NCBI RefSeq assembly: GCF_000146505.1
Contig: NC_017448.1
Coordinates: 1,980,001-2,012,000, forward strand
From: Fibrobacter succinogenes subsp. succinogenes S85
GTDB lineage: Bacteria; Fibrobacterota; Fibrobacteria; Fibrobacterales; Fibrobacteraceae
DNA: 32,000 nt
Direction of reading: 5' to 3'
Shown: positions 24,712 to 32,000 of the stretch, one piece after another
Numbering within the stretch: the stretch's first letter is position 1
How the letters are laid out: every line of letters starts with the position of its first letter
Notes under the pieces: model-generated
What the model saw: the letters and a program-made list of their open reading frames with translations, nothing else
Databases searched by the model: none
Told to the model about the DNA's origin: nothing
Translations under genes and position numbers: made by a program

Positions 24712-25878
24712 TTAGAAGAATGCAGGCGGCCAACGCGGGTTCTTCGAGGACATATCAATCTTGTAGAAGTCCTTCTCGAAGCGGCCATCGTCCATGCCGT
24801 ACATCTGCATCACGTGGCGAGCAATCCACTTGCCGAGCTTCAAGACAGTGAGCTTCTTCCTCAGGCGGCCCTGGCAGTCACGGTTCATGATATCCGGGAG
24901 CGTAGAGGTCGTGAGGATTTCATCGATAGCCGGGCTGTTGAGCTTTTCGCGGGCTTCGGCACTGGTGTGGAAGTGCGTAACACCGAAGCAGACGCGGTTC
25001 GGGTTGCCCTTCTTGATGTGTTCGCAGCACTGCACAATCGTCGTACCGGTACGGACCATGTCGTCGAACACGATCACGTCCTTGCCTTCGATTTCTTCGA
25101 TGCTGATGTCGGAGAGTTCCGGGTTGAAGGTCATGGAAATTTCACGTTCGCCAGTACGGACCTTGTCCATAACGACGCGCTTGCATTCCGGGAGCTGGAG
25201 AGCGTCGAACACGGCGTTCATGAACGGGCGTGCGCCCTTGTCCGGGGAGACAATCACGAGATTGTTGCCGTCCTTACCGGTCTGGACAAAGTTGCTGTTC
25301 TTGATGTAGTGGGCGTAAACGTCCGTCGGGATCAAGTTGTGGAAGTTGCCTTCGAAAATTTCGTTGAAGAGGTTCTGCACCTTGATGCTGTGGTTGTGGC
25401 AGGTGACAACGGCATCGACACCAGCAGTCTTCAAAAGCTGGGCGTAAAGGAGGCTCGTGAATGCCTGGCCGTCGAACTTCTTGAGGTCAATGTCCGGGCG
25501 ATCCTTTTCGAGTTCACCGATGCGGTGCGGGCCGCGGTCCTGGGCGCTGTAGAAGAGGTCCGGTTCAACCAAGACGACCTGTTCTGCACCGTTGTCCTTG
25601 GCGGCGCGAGCGAGGATGCAGTTACGCATGGCGTAGTCGTTACGGCTACGTTCATGGTTAGAAACAGAGCAAATCAAGACAATCTTGCCTTCCAGGCGTT
25701 TGCCGATATGTTCCAAGTCGTCCATATCCAGCATGTAGCGGGGGCAGAATTCGGAGTTGGCGAAAGTCTTCAGGGAGACCACGTCGGAGATATCTTCACG
25801 GAGACCGATGTACTGAGCCATGTCGATGGCAAACGGATCATCGGTAAAGTTGCCGGTCACGATAAAACGATCTGACAT
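24712..25878 (-). CDS. divergent ribose-phosphate pyrophosphokinase (Prs)-family protein, 388 aa
   Basis: PRPP-binding loop VIVFDDMVRTGTT. VSPDKGARPF matches the Prs VSPDxGG region. LVEPDLFYSAQDRG matches the Prs PYxxYARQDR flexible-loop region. It carries extra internal and C-terminal segments compared with canonical Prs. Confidence 0.7.
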   Translation of the reverse strand: MSDRFIVTGNFTDDPFAIDMAQYIGLREDISDVVSLKTFANSEFCPRYMLDMDDLEHIGKRLEGKIVLICSVSNHERSRNDYAMRNCILARAAKDNGAEQVVLVEPDLFYSAQDRGPHRIGELEKDRPDIDLKKFDGQAFTSLLYAQLLKTAGVDAVVTCHNHSIKVQNLFNEIFEGNFHNLIPTDVYAHYIKNSNFVQTGKDGNNLVIVSPDKGARPFMNAVFDALQLPECKRVVMDKVRTGEREISMTFNPELSDISIEEIEGKDVIVFDDMVRTGTTIVQCCEHIKKGNPNRVCFGVTHFHTSAEAREKLNSPAIDEILTTSTLPDIMNRDCQGRLRKKLTVLKLGKWIARHVMQMYGMDDGRFEKDFYKIDMSSKNPRWPPAFF

Positions 25879-25977
25879 TTTCCTAGCCTTGATTTAAGGG
25901 TTGTTTTTGTGTTATTGCCAAATATAGTTAGAATCTATCCACGTTTCAAGTTTAAGGGCAAGAAAATCACCAAATGC

Positions 25978-26010
25978 AAAAAGCCCCGGCTTAACGCCGA
26001 GGCTCTTTTT
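25978..26010 (-). terminator. intrinsic terminator after eno (structure is bidirectional)
   Basis: AGCCCCGGC-TTAAC-GCCGAGGCT (25982-26004) forms a 9-bp stem with one G-T pair. It is flanked by A4 and T5. Confidence 0.7.
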
Positions 26011-26054
26011 AGATACTTTGTTCTAAAACGACAGTCGCAGTCGCGACGTTCGCC

Positions 26055-27479
26055 TTACTTGGACTTCTTGCAGCCCTTCTTGCAAGCAGCCTTGGCCGGG
26101 GCCTTAGCAGCCTTGCAGTTCTTGCGCGGATCGCCAGCGTAGACAGCAGCCTTGCCGAGTTCTTCTTCGATGCGGAGGAGGCGGTTGTACTTGCAGACGC
26201 GGTCCGTACGAGAGAGGGAACCAGTCTTGATCTGGCCAGCGGCAGTACCGACGGCGAGGTCAGCAATGAAGGTGTCTTCGGTTTCGCCAGAACGGTGAGA
26301 AACGATCGGAGCATAGCCTTCAACCTGAGCGCGCTTGATAGCAGCGAGGGTTTCAGAAACAGAACCGACCTGGTTCACCTTGATGAGGATAGCGTTAGCG
26401 ATGCCAGCCTTGATGCCTTCGTCGAAGATGGTCGGGTTCGTAACGAACAGGTCGTCACCCACGAGGTTGATCTTGCCACCGAGCTTGTCGGTAAGAACCT
26501 TCCAACCTGCCCAGTCAGCTTCATCGAGACCGTCTTCAATGGAGAAGATGGAGTACTTGTCGATGAGCTTTTCATAGAGCTTGACCATGTCAGCAGACTT
26601 GACAGTCTTCTTGGTGCTCTTCTTGAACGTGTAGGTAACAGCCTTGGAGCCTTCCTTTTCAGTTTCCTTGTCGCAGAATTCGGAAGAAGCAACGTCAAGA
26701 GCGATCTTGATGTCCTTGCCGAAAACGTAACCAGCGTTTTCAGTAGCGGTCTTCAAAGCAGCGAGAGCCTTTTCGAGGGTCATCACGTCCTTGATTTCGT
26801 AACCGAACTTGTTCTTAGCCGGCTTGATAGCAACGCCCGGAGCAAAGCCACCTTCGTCACCAACCGTCGTATCGAAACCACCCTTCTTGAGGACAGCCTT
26901 AAGAGCGTGGAAGATTTCGGTCACCATCTGGAGACCCTTGGAGAAAGTCTTAGCGCCAACCGGAGCGATCATGAATTCCTGGAAGTCGATCGGAGCGGAA
27001 GAGTGAGCACCACCGTTGATCACGTTGCACATCGGGCACGGGAGGGTGAGCTTTTCAGTGCCATGGAGCTTAGCAATGTACTGGTAAAGCGGAAGGCCAG
27101 CATCCTTAGCAGCAGCAACGCAAACAGCCATGGAAACGCCGAGGATAGCGTTTGCACCGAGCGTGTTCTTGAGCATGCGGTTGCCGTCGAGTTCGATCAT
27201 AGCGTCATCAACTTCAGTCTGCTTGGACGGATCCATGCCAACGATCTTCTTAGCGATCTTGGTGTTGACGTTCTTCACGGCAGTGAGAGTGCCCTTGCCG
27301 AGATAGGTCTTCTTGTCGCCGTCGCGGAGTTCGCAAGCTTCGCGTTCACCGGTGGAAGCACCACTCGGAACAGCTGCGTGACCAACGATACCGTTGTCAA
27401 GAGTGACATCGACTTCGAGAGACGGATTGCCACGGGAATCCAAAATCTGACGAGCCCAAACTTTAGCGATTTTAGCCAT
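26055..27479 (-). CDS. eno: enolase (phosphopyruvate hydratase) with short insertions and a Lys/Cys-rich C-terminal extension
   Basis: [25 protein letters not shown]...[10 protein letters not shown]...[49 protein letters not shown]. At 474 aa it is longer than usual. Confidence 0.95.
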   Translation of the reverse strand: MAKIAKVWARQILDSRGNPSLEVDVTLDNGIVGHAAVPSGASTGEREACELRDGDKKTYLGKGTLTAVKNVNTKIAKKIVGMDPSKQTEVDDAMIELDGNRMLKNTLGANAILGVSMAVCVAAAKDAGLPLYQYIAKLHGTEKLTLPCPMCNVINGGAHSSAPIDFQEFMIAPVGAKTFSKGLQMVTEIFHALKAVLKKGGFDTTVGDEGGFAPGVAIKPAKNKFGYEIKDVMTLEKALAALKTATENAGYVFGKDIKIALDVASSEFCDKETEKEGSKAVTYTFKKSTKKTVKSADMVKLYEKLIDKYSIFSIEDGLDEADWAGWKVLTDKLGGKINLVGDDLFVTNPTIFDEGIKAGIANAILIKVNQVGSVSETLAAIKRAQVEGYAPIVSHRSGETEDTFIADLAVGTAAGQIKTGSLSRTDRVCKYNRLLRIEEELGKAAVYAGDPRKNCKAAKAPAKAACKKGCKKSK

Positions 27480-27583
27480 TTTATTAACCTTCTGTTAAAG
27501 TGAAAATTTTTTGTGCTTTAAATATAAAAAAGTAGGAAGTTTGCAGTAGACAGTAAGAAGAAAAAATGTGAAGATTTCGTTGT

Positions 27584-27625
27584 TAGCGATTAGTCATTGG
27601 TCATTAGTTGTTAGTCATTAGTTAA
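27584..27625 (+). repeat. six-unit heptad tandem array TAGCGAT TAGTCAT TGGTCAT TAGTTGT TAGTCAT TAGTTAA
   Basis: Exact 7-nt periodicity, read directly from the sequence. The unit TAGTTGT matches the TAGTTGG head of elements A-C at 6 of 7 positions. It lies on the strand opposite both flanking genes. Confidence 0.75.
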
Positions 27626-27670
27626 TGTTTCTTCGTCATCCTGACGACCAAAGGAAGGATCCAGTGATTT

Positions 27671-28402
27671 TTACTTATGACCGCCGAAAATTCCTAACTG
27701 TACGAACGCTCCAAAAAGAAAGCGTTGGTTCGTAATTTCAACATGGCCTCCTAAATCAAGGTAAGCACTTTTTGACAATACAAACCTTACTCCCATTGCT
27801 TGCGACCAGCCAAATTCCCAACCATACGACGAACTTAAACCACTAAATAAGTAATCCACAAAATGATGCGTTTCAAACAATCCTATTCTAGCATTTTCCG
27901 TTAATGACAAATACGTATTACCATTTACAACAGATGCCAATACAACCCAAAAAGATTCAAACGTCTCCGTACGTCCCATTAAAGATATTAAGAGCATGAA
28001 CAAACAATCATCTGAAATAAAGCCTCGTTGAAAATCTATATCAAGATATCCAAAAGCAAAACCAAAACTAATCCATTTATTTTTAAACAGCTCATGAGGA
28101 TTTTCTCTTCCTCCAAACAATCTAAGTTGCAATATAGTCGGTCCCGCATAAGCAGCCTCAATTGTAAACCCCGATGGATAATAAGGATTAATTACATCTA
28201 CAGAATCTAAATTTTGAGATATCCCCGCATCAACACTTTCAACTTTATTCGTATTGACAATGGTGTTTGTATCAACATCATTCGCTAAGGATATTTTCGA
28301 AAGCGAATCAGTCACCAACGAGTCCTGCAAATCCAGCGCAGGTTCCAGCGCAAAAACTGGCGCCGTGAGCATCAAAACAATTATTACAAGTAAACTACGC
28401 AT
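27671..28402 (-). CDS. secreted hypothetical protein, possibly a small beta-barrel or outer-membrane protein
   Basis: Signal peptide MRSLLVIIVLMLTAPVFA-LE. The C-terminal 150 aa or so show alternating hydrophobic strands (WISFGFAFGYLDIDF, MGVRFVLSKSAYLDLGGHVEI). The start overlaps the upstream stop by 8 nt (ATGCGTAG). The coding sequence is AT-rich. Confidence 0.55.
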   Translation of the reverse strand: MRSLLVIIVLMLTAPVFALEPALDLQDSLVTDSLSKISLANDVDTNTIVNTNKVESVDAGISQNLDSVDVINPYYPSGFTIEAAYAGPTILQLRLFGGRENPHELFKNKWISFGFAFGYLDIDFQRGFISDDCLFMLLISLMGRTETFESFWVVLASVVNGNTYLSLTENARIGLFETHHFVDYLFSGLSSSYGWEFGWSQAMGVRFVLSKSAYLDLGGHVEITNQRFLFGAFVQLGIFGGHK

Positions 28403-29501
28403 GCTTTAAAAATCCGCTTGAATCTACACATCCACGCTTAAGCATTACCAATTCCCATTTTCCGTTTTTCTTGGATAAATAGTAACACCTTCCTAAATCA
28501 CCCTCTTCCCCTACACTCAATATTACCATATCATGAGTTTTGTTGAACAAGGCACTTCGCATGATCGGAAACGAATCGAAATGAAAACCGTTTCCCCAAA
28601 GAAGCGGCACGACAGAAATCATCGGATACCAGAAAGGGTATTTTCCTAAAAAGAAAGTATATGAATATATCTCTTGGCGAGACACACGAACCTTCGTTTT
28701 CATAAAATTCTTCAACAAAGTATGATATTCCTTGTTTAGAACAAGAATCTGTTGGCCCATCGGTGTTTTGCTTAAGCAAGCTGATTTCGTTTCTTTCCAT
28801 GCGTCTAGCTTTATACGATGCCGATCAATTTTATCCAATTCATTCATATCAGAAGCAGAAGTATCAACATAAAACACCTGCATAGTTTGGACAAAATAAT
28901 TAACAGTATGTACACTACTAGAATCTTCTTTCATGCCGGATATAGCCTCTTCAAGCGGAACACTCCAAATCTCAGCGTTCTCGGCGCTATCCCGTTGATT
29001 TTGAACAGCCCGCATTGAATCCGGATTTTCTCTACGCCTTTCTAAATCATCAAGAATATCATCAATACCAAACAGCTTAACTTTCTGCATCTTTTCATAT
29101 AAAAACGCCTGAAGAGAATCCCGTTTTTCCCTATTAAGAATATAATGATACTTACGCTTAGCATCAAACTCCATTACAACTTTATAAATTTCGCGTAATT
29201 CAGCCGCCAAAGAATCATCCGGCGCAACCGTCCCACAAAGAGAATCCGAAGTCAATTTCCATCTCGCAAAAAAGTGGTCCCTGTAATCGTCCATGGAATC
29301 GCGCAGCAGAGTATCATTCGCCGCCTTATACTGCTCGTAAAATTTATACGCACGCGTAAGGACCGTATCCAAAGGCAGTCCTTTTAACGCCTCAAAGCGT
29401 TTTGCTTTTCGTACTTCATCTTCATTGGACTGCGAACACCCGACAAGGAACAACGCTATCAATAAAAACGGCAGCCAACACAATTTCAAAAATTTCATCA
29501 T
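28395..29501 (-). CDS. hypothetical lipoprotein (368 aa)
   Basis: MMKFLKLCWLPFLLIALFLVGC carries the lipobox LVGC. I recognise no domain. The gene is AT-rich and sits 7 nt after the upstream gene's stop. Confidence 0.6.
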   Translation of the reverse strand: MMKFLKLCWLPFLLIALFLVGCSQSNEDEVRKAKRFEALKGLPLDTVLTRAYKFYEQYKAANDTLLRDSMDDYRDHFFARWKLTSDSLCGTVAPDDSLAAELREIYKVVMEFDAKRKYHYILNREKRDSLQAFLYEKMQKVKLFGIDDILDDLERRRENPDSMRAVQNQRDSAENAEIWSVPLEEAISGMKEDSSSVHTVNYFVQTMQVFYVDTSASDMNELDKIDRHRIKLDAWKETKSACLSKTPMGQQILVLNKEYHTLLKNFMKTKVRVSRQEIYSYTFFLGKYPFWYPMISVVPLLWGNGFHFDSFPIMRSALFNKTHDMVILSVGEEGDLGRCYYLSKKNGKWELVMLKRGCVDSSGFLKHA

Positions 29502-29508
29502 TTAACGC

Positions 29509-30132
29509 CTAGTACGTCTTATGGCTCTTCACAATATCCAACAAAATTTTTTCGATATCCGTCTCGCGATTTTTTTGGTTGACTTCAACCGTGAAATAGT
29601 TTTTGTTCTTTGTCATGAGCACCGCGTACGCAACGCTGTACGAGCCGTTTGAAGTCACCATCCAAGCAAACGCATCGTCATCCTGCCTTTCGAATTTCGT
29701 CTCGCTATACTGAATCGGCTTATCAGAATTTTCAGCTTTAGTCATCGTCTTGTAATGATCGAAAAGCCCCACGAGAATCAACGAATCCGACTGACCAAAA
29801 TCCACACCGCTTTCGGTTTCAAGACTTTCGAACAAGCTCTTAGTCTGACCATCAATCGCCACCTTCACATACGAATCAGCCGCACCTTCTGCAAGCTCTA
29901 TCCGCGTATTTACACCTTCCTTCTTTTGAATTTTAAGAGGCACCCATTCAGCAGACGGGAGTTCAAAAGTGAGCGGTTCAGGATACGGGACATCCAATTT
30001 AAACACCGGGCTCCCCGTCCAAAAAGACGTTGTCTTATGAAGAATGATATCGTTATGGTTCTTGGCACAACCGCCAAGGAACAGCAACGAAGCTGAAAAT
30101 AGAAGTACGATGGATTTCTTTATGGTTTTCAT
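29509..30132 (-). CDS. hypothetical lipoprotein (207 aa)
   Basis: MKTIKKSIVLLFSASLLFLGGC carries the lipobox LGGC. AGGA lies upstream. It starts 29 nt after the regulator's stop on the same strand. Confidence 0.6.
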   Translation of the reverse strand: MKTIKKSIVLLFSASLLFLGGCAKNHNDIILHKTTSFWTGSPVFKLDVPYPEPLTFELPSAEWVPLKIQKKEGVNTRIELAEGAADSYVKVAIDGQTKSLFESLETESGVDFGQSDSLILVGLFDHYKTMTKAENSDKPIQYSETKFERQDDDAFAWMVTSNGSYSVAYAVLMTKNKNYFTVEVNQKNRETDIEKILLDIVKSHKTY

Positions 30133-30161
30133 GATTAAAAATTCCTTTATAAAAAAATACT

Positions 30162-31478
30162 TTATTTCTCTACAACATGTCCCGATAGCTCACGGAAATC
30201 GCCTTTTTTATACAAGGTAATACCCGGCGAAACCAAGTGAAACACAGACTGTTCAGCAAGCGTTTCCACGTTGAACTCGAAAGAATCCAGGCGGTTGCGG
30301 TAGCTGTCCGTAGAGTTATCAAACGAAACCATGTAAGGCGGGCGTGGAATCTTGCCCTGGTTCGCAAGCGAAACAAGCTCAACTCCGACCCTGTCGTTAG
30401 AAACAACCCACGCATCCACAGGCGGGATTTTTTTCACGAGCGACATTAAAATTTGTCTATAACGGGCATGTGCACGCGGTTCCTGCATAAAGTCATAAGG
30501 GCTCGCATGCGATGCATCAGTCGCCTCGAACACTTCAAGTCCCACATTCTTGAGACCTTTCAAGCGGTCCCTCGACCACATGCTCATGTGATACGGAGAA
30601 ACAAAGGCTATCCGCGTCAAGCCTTTTTTCTTCAGAAAACGCCCGACAATGCGTCCCGGGAACTCACCAAAGGCGAGGTTGAAAAACGCAAATCGCTTTT
30701 CTTTTTTCAACGCACGCGGAATGTCGTACAGCGGATGTTCCCACCACACTGCCACAGGGAAGCGCGTCGTCGCAAGCTTTGTAAATAACTTATTGATATT
30801 GAACACAAGCATCGTCGAGACAATCGCGCCAAAACATTCACGGCAATCTTCAAGCCTGATGCGGTTGCCGTTTGCATCCAAAAATGCGCCCTCTTCTTCG
30901 TAATAGCCAAGCGCCTTGACATTTAAGTTATTGCGATGCGCCTCCACATAGACTTTCTGCATAAACGAAAGTTCACGTTCGCCAAGGCAATTAAAATCCC
31001 CGTTAGGGTCACAACGCATGATCAGGAGAATTTCCGTCGTTTCAGAAGTCACCCGTGCACTAGCAAAATAATATCGCCCTTGCCCCTTGCGTTCTAGAGT
31101 CCCTTTCGCACGGAGCTGCTCCAGCGTACGCCGCATTGTCCCCAAAGTAGTCGCATAAGACAGACACATGTCCTTGATTGATGGAAGCGGATTATCGACC
31201 GAAATTTTTCCCGATTTCCAAGCATCCAACAATAAACGCTCTACGCGTTCTGTTTCGTACTCGCGTGCAGAGGCCTCGATTTTAGGCTTCGTTCCCCAAA
31301 AAAATCCATTGCCATGTTCCGCATAAATTTTCCCTTGAGAGGCAAGCTTCTTGTATGCACGGAAAACGGTGAACGTCGACGCCCCCGAAGATGCAGCCAC
31401 CTCGCGCACGGACGGGAGCCGGTCTCCATCCTTGAAATTAGACGATCCAATCCACTTGCAAAAATCTTCGACTGTCAT
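30162..31478 (-). CDS. transcriptional regulator with two tandem GntR-type winged-helix domains and a LacI/PBP1-type ligand-binding domain
   Basis: wHTH 1: DRLPSVREVAASSGASTFTVFRAYKKLASQGKIYAEHGNGFFWG. wHTH 2: NPLPSIKDMCLSYATTLGTMRRTLEQLRAKGTLERKGQGRYYFA. The C-terminal part resembles a periplasmic-binding-protein fold (RIAFVSPYH..., AWVVSNDRVGVELVSLANQGKIPRPPYMVSFDNS). The ATG at 31478 is preferred over the upstream alternative start at 31490. Confidence 0.75.
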   Translation of the reverse strand: MTVEDFCKWIGSSNFKDGDRLPSVREVAASSGASTFTVFRAYKKLASQGKIYAEHGNGFFWGTKPKIEASAREYETERVERLLLDAWKSGKISVDNPLPSIKDMCLSYATTLGTMRRTLEQLRAKGTLERKGQGRYYFASARVTSETTEILLIMRCDPNGDFNCLGERELSFMQKVYVEAHRNNLNVKALGYYEEEGAFLDANGNRIRLEDCRECFGAIVSTMLVFNINKLFTKLATTRFPVAVWWEHPLYDIPRALKKEKRFAFFNLAFGEFPGRIVGRFLKKKGLTRIAFVSPYHMSMWSRDRLKGLKNVGLEVFEATDASHASPYDFMQEPRAHARYRQILMSLVKKIPPVDAWVVSNDRVGVELVSLANQGKIPRPPYMVSFDNSTDSYRNRLDSFEFNVETLAEQSVFHLVSPGITLYKKGDFRELSGHVVEK

Positions 31479-31604
31479 GGTGAACCTCAATATAACACTA
31501 GATACACTATAACACGAACATACAAAAATTTCAACTACAGGGAACGCCTAGTAACCTAATTTAAGTAAGGAAACAAAATACAATCTTTGAATATCGAGGC
31601 TACT

Positions 31605-32000
31605 ATGTTCAAATCACTACTCTTCACATTAGGGATCTTGCCTATGACTGCTTTAGCATTCCAAATCGGCGCCTGGGTCGGTGGCCCCGGCCAATACCCG
31701 CAGCCCACTCAAGAAAACGTGCAGGCATTCCAAGATTTGCAGGGCTCGCATATCGACCTCATCAGTTACTTTGCGCTCTTCGACATCAACGATTGGAACG
31801 CAACCGAAGAGTACGCAAACGTCGCGAAAGACAACGGCTCCACGCTTGTGGTGACCTGGATGGCAAACGGCTACAACGCGCAAGATTTGGTGGACGGCAA
31901 GGCCGACGAATATATCCGCGACTACGCCAAGGGTGTTAAAGGCTATGGCGAAGAAATCTGGCTCAGGCCGCTCCACGAAGCGAACGGCGACTGGTACGAC
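31605..32000 (+). CDS. secreted glycoside hydrolase family 26-like protein (mannanase/beta-glucanase type); N-terminal part only
   Basis: Signal peptide MFKSLLFTLGILPMTALA-FQ. The segment EIWLRPLHEANGDWYD resembles the GH26 (F/L)RPLHEMNGxW region that contains the acid/base Glu. The ORF is open to the window edge. Confidence 0.6.
   Translation, partial: MFKSLLFTLGILPMTALAFQIGAWVGGPGQYPQPTQENVQAFQDLQGSHIDLISYFALFDINDWNATEEYANVAKDNGSTLVVTWMANGYNAQDLVDGKADEYIRDYAKGVKGYGEEIWLRPLHEANGDWYD

Noticed and set aside
27584-27625. The heptad array, considered as a CRISPR array or as a set of mini-ORFs (the minus strand gives ATG ACT AAC AAC TAA, ATG ACC AAT GAC TAA and ATG ACT AAT CGC TAA).
   Set aside because: The units are 7 nt with no spacers, and no cas genes are present. 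The 4-codon ORFs follow automatically from the repeat CTAATGA and have no ribosome-binding sites.
27671-30132. The AT-rich block as a prophage or mobile element.
   Set aside because: I found no recombinase, phage or transposase genes and no flanking direct or inverted repeats. I report it only as a compositional oddity, not as a mobile element.

Overview
This looks like an ordinary chromosomal region of a diderm anaerobe. The gene content (many lipoproteins, a GH26 glycosidase, indolepyruvate:ferredoxin oxidoreductase, a flavodiiron protein, hybrid kinases) and a by-eye GC near 50% remind me of Fibrobacter or FCB-group genomes, but the taxon is unverified. I support about 24 CDS: iorA (partial and frame-interrupted), a flavodiiron protein, a lipoprotein/beta-barrel pair, a membrane GGDEF cyclase, a very long class A PBP with a downstream lipoprotein, and a TSUP permease. 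The rest are a TPR-like protein, a GIY-YIG protein, nhaA, two tandem hybrid histidine kinases, a divergent Prs-like protein, enolase, an AT-rich three-gene secreted-protein operon, a regulator with two GntR-type wHTH domains, and a partial GH26 gene. There is also one tRNA-Ser(GCU), several intrinsic terminators and three sigma70-like promoters. I see no transposase, integrase, CRISPR array or recognisable defence, toxin or phage genes, so I cannot name a discrete new protein system. The most unusual signal is non-coding. A recurring element of heptad-spaced TAG triplets (TAGTTGG-N7-TAG-N4-TAG) starts at or 7 nt after the stop codon of three unrelated genes, on their coding strand. A related six-unit TAGTNNN heptad array lies upstream of eno. 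The spacing matches the UAG-N4-UAG-N4-UAG RNA site described for HutP-type RNA-binding proteins, which suggests an undescribed 3'-end or intercistronic RNA motif. Other points to follow up:
- a frameshift in iorA;
- a sensory module of roughly 125-135 aa repeated 7 times across three signalling proteins;
- Lys-rich C-terminal tails on enolase (also Cys-containing) and the GIY-YIG protein;
- an oversized PBP1A paired with a lipoprotein;
- a CGGGAAT repeat cluster upstream of the GGDEF promoter;
- the AT-rich operon next to the double-wHTH regulator and GH26 gene.
All calls come from reading the sequence and from family knowledge; no searches were run.
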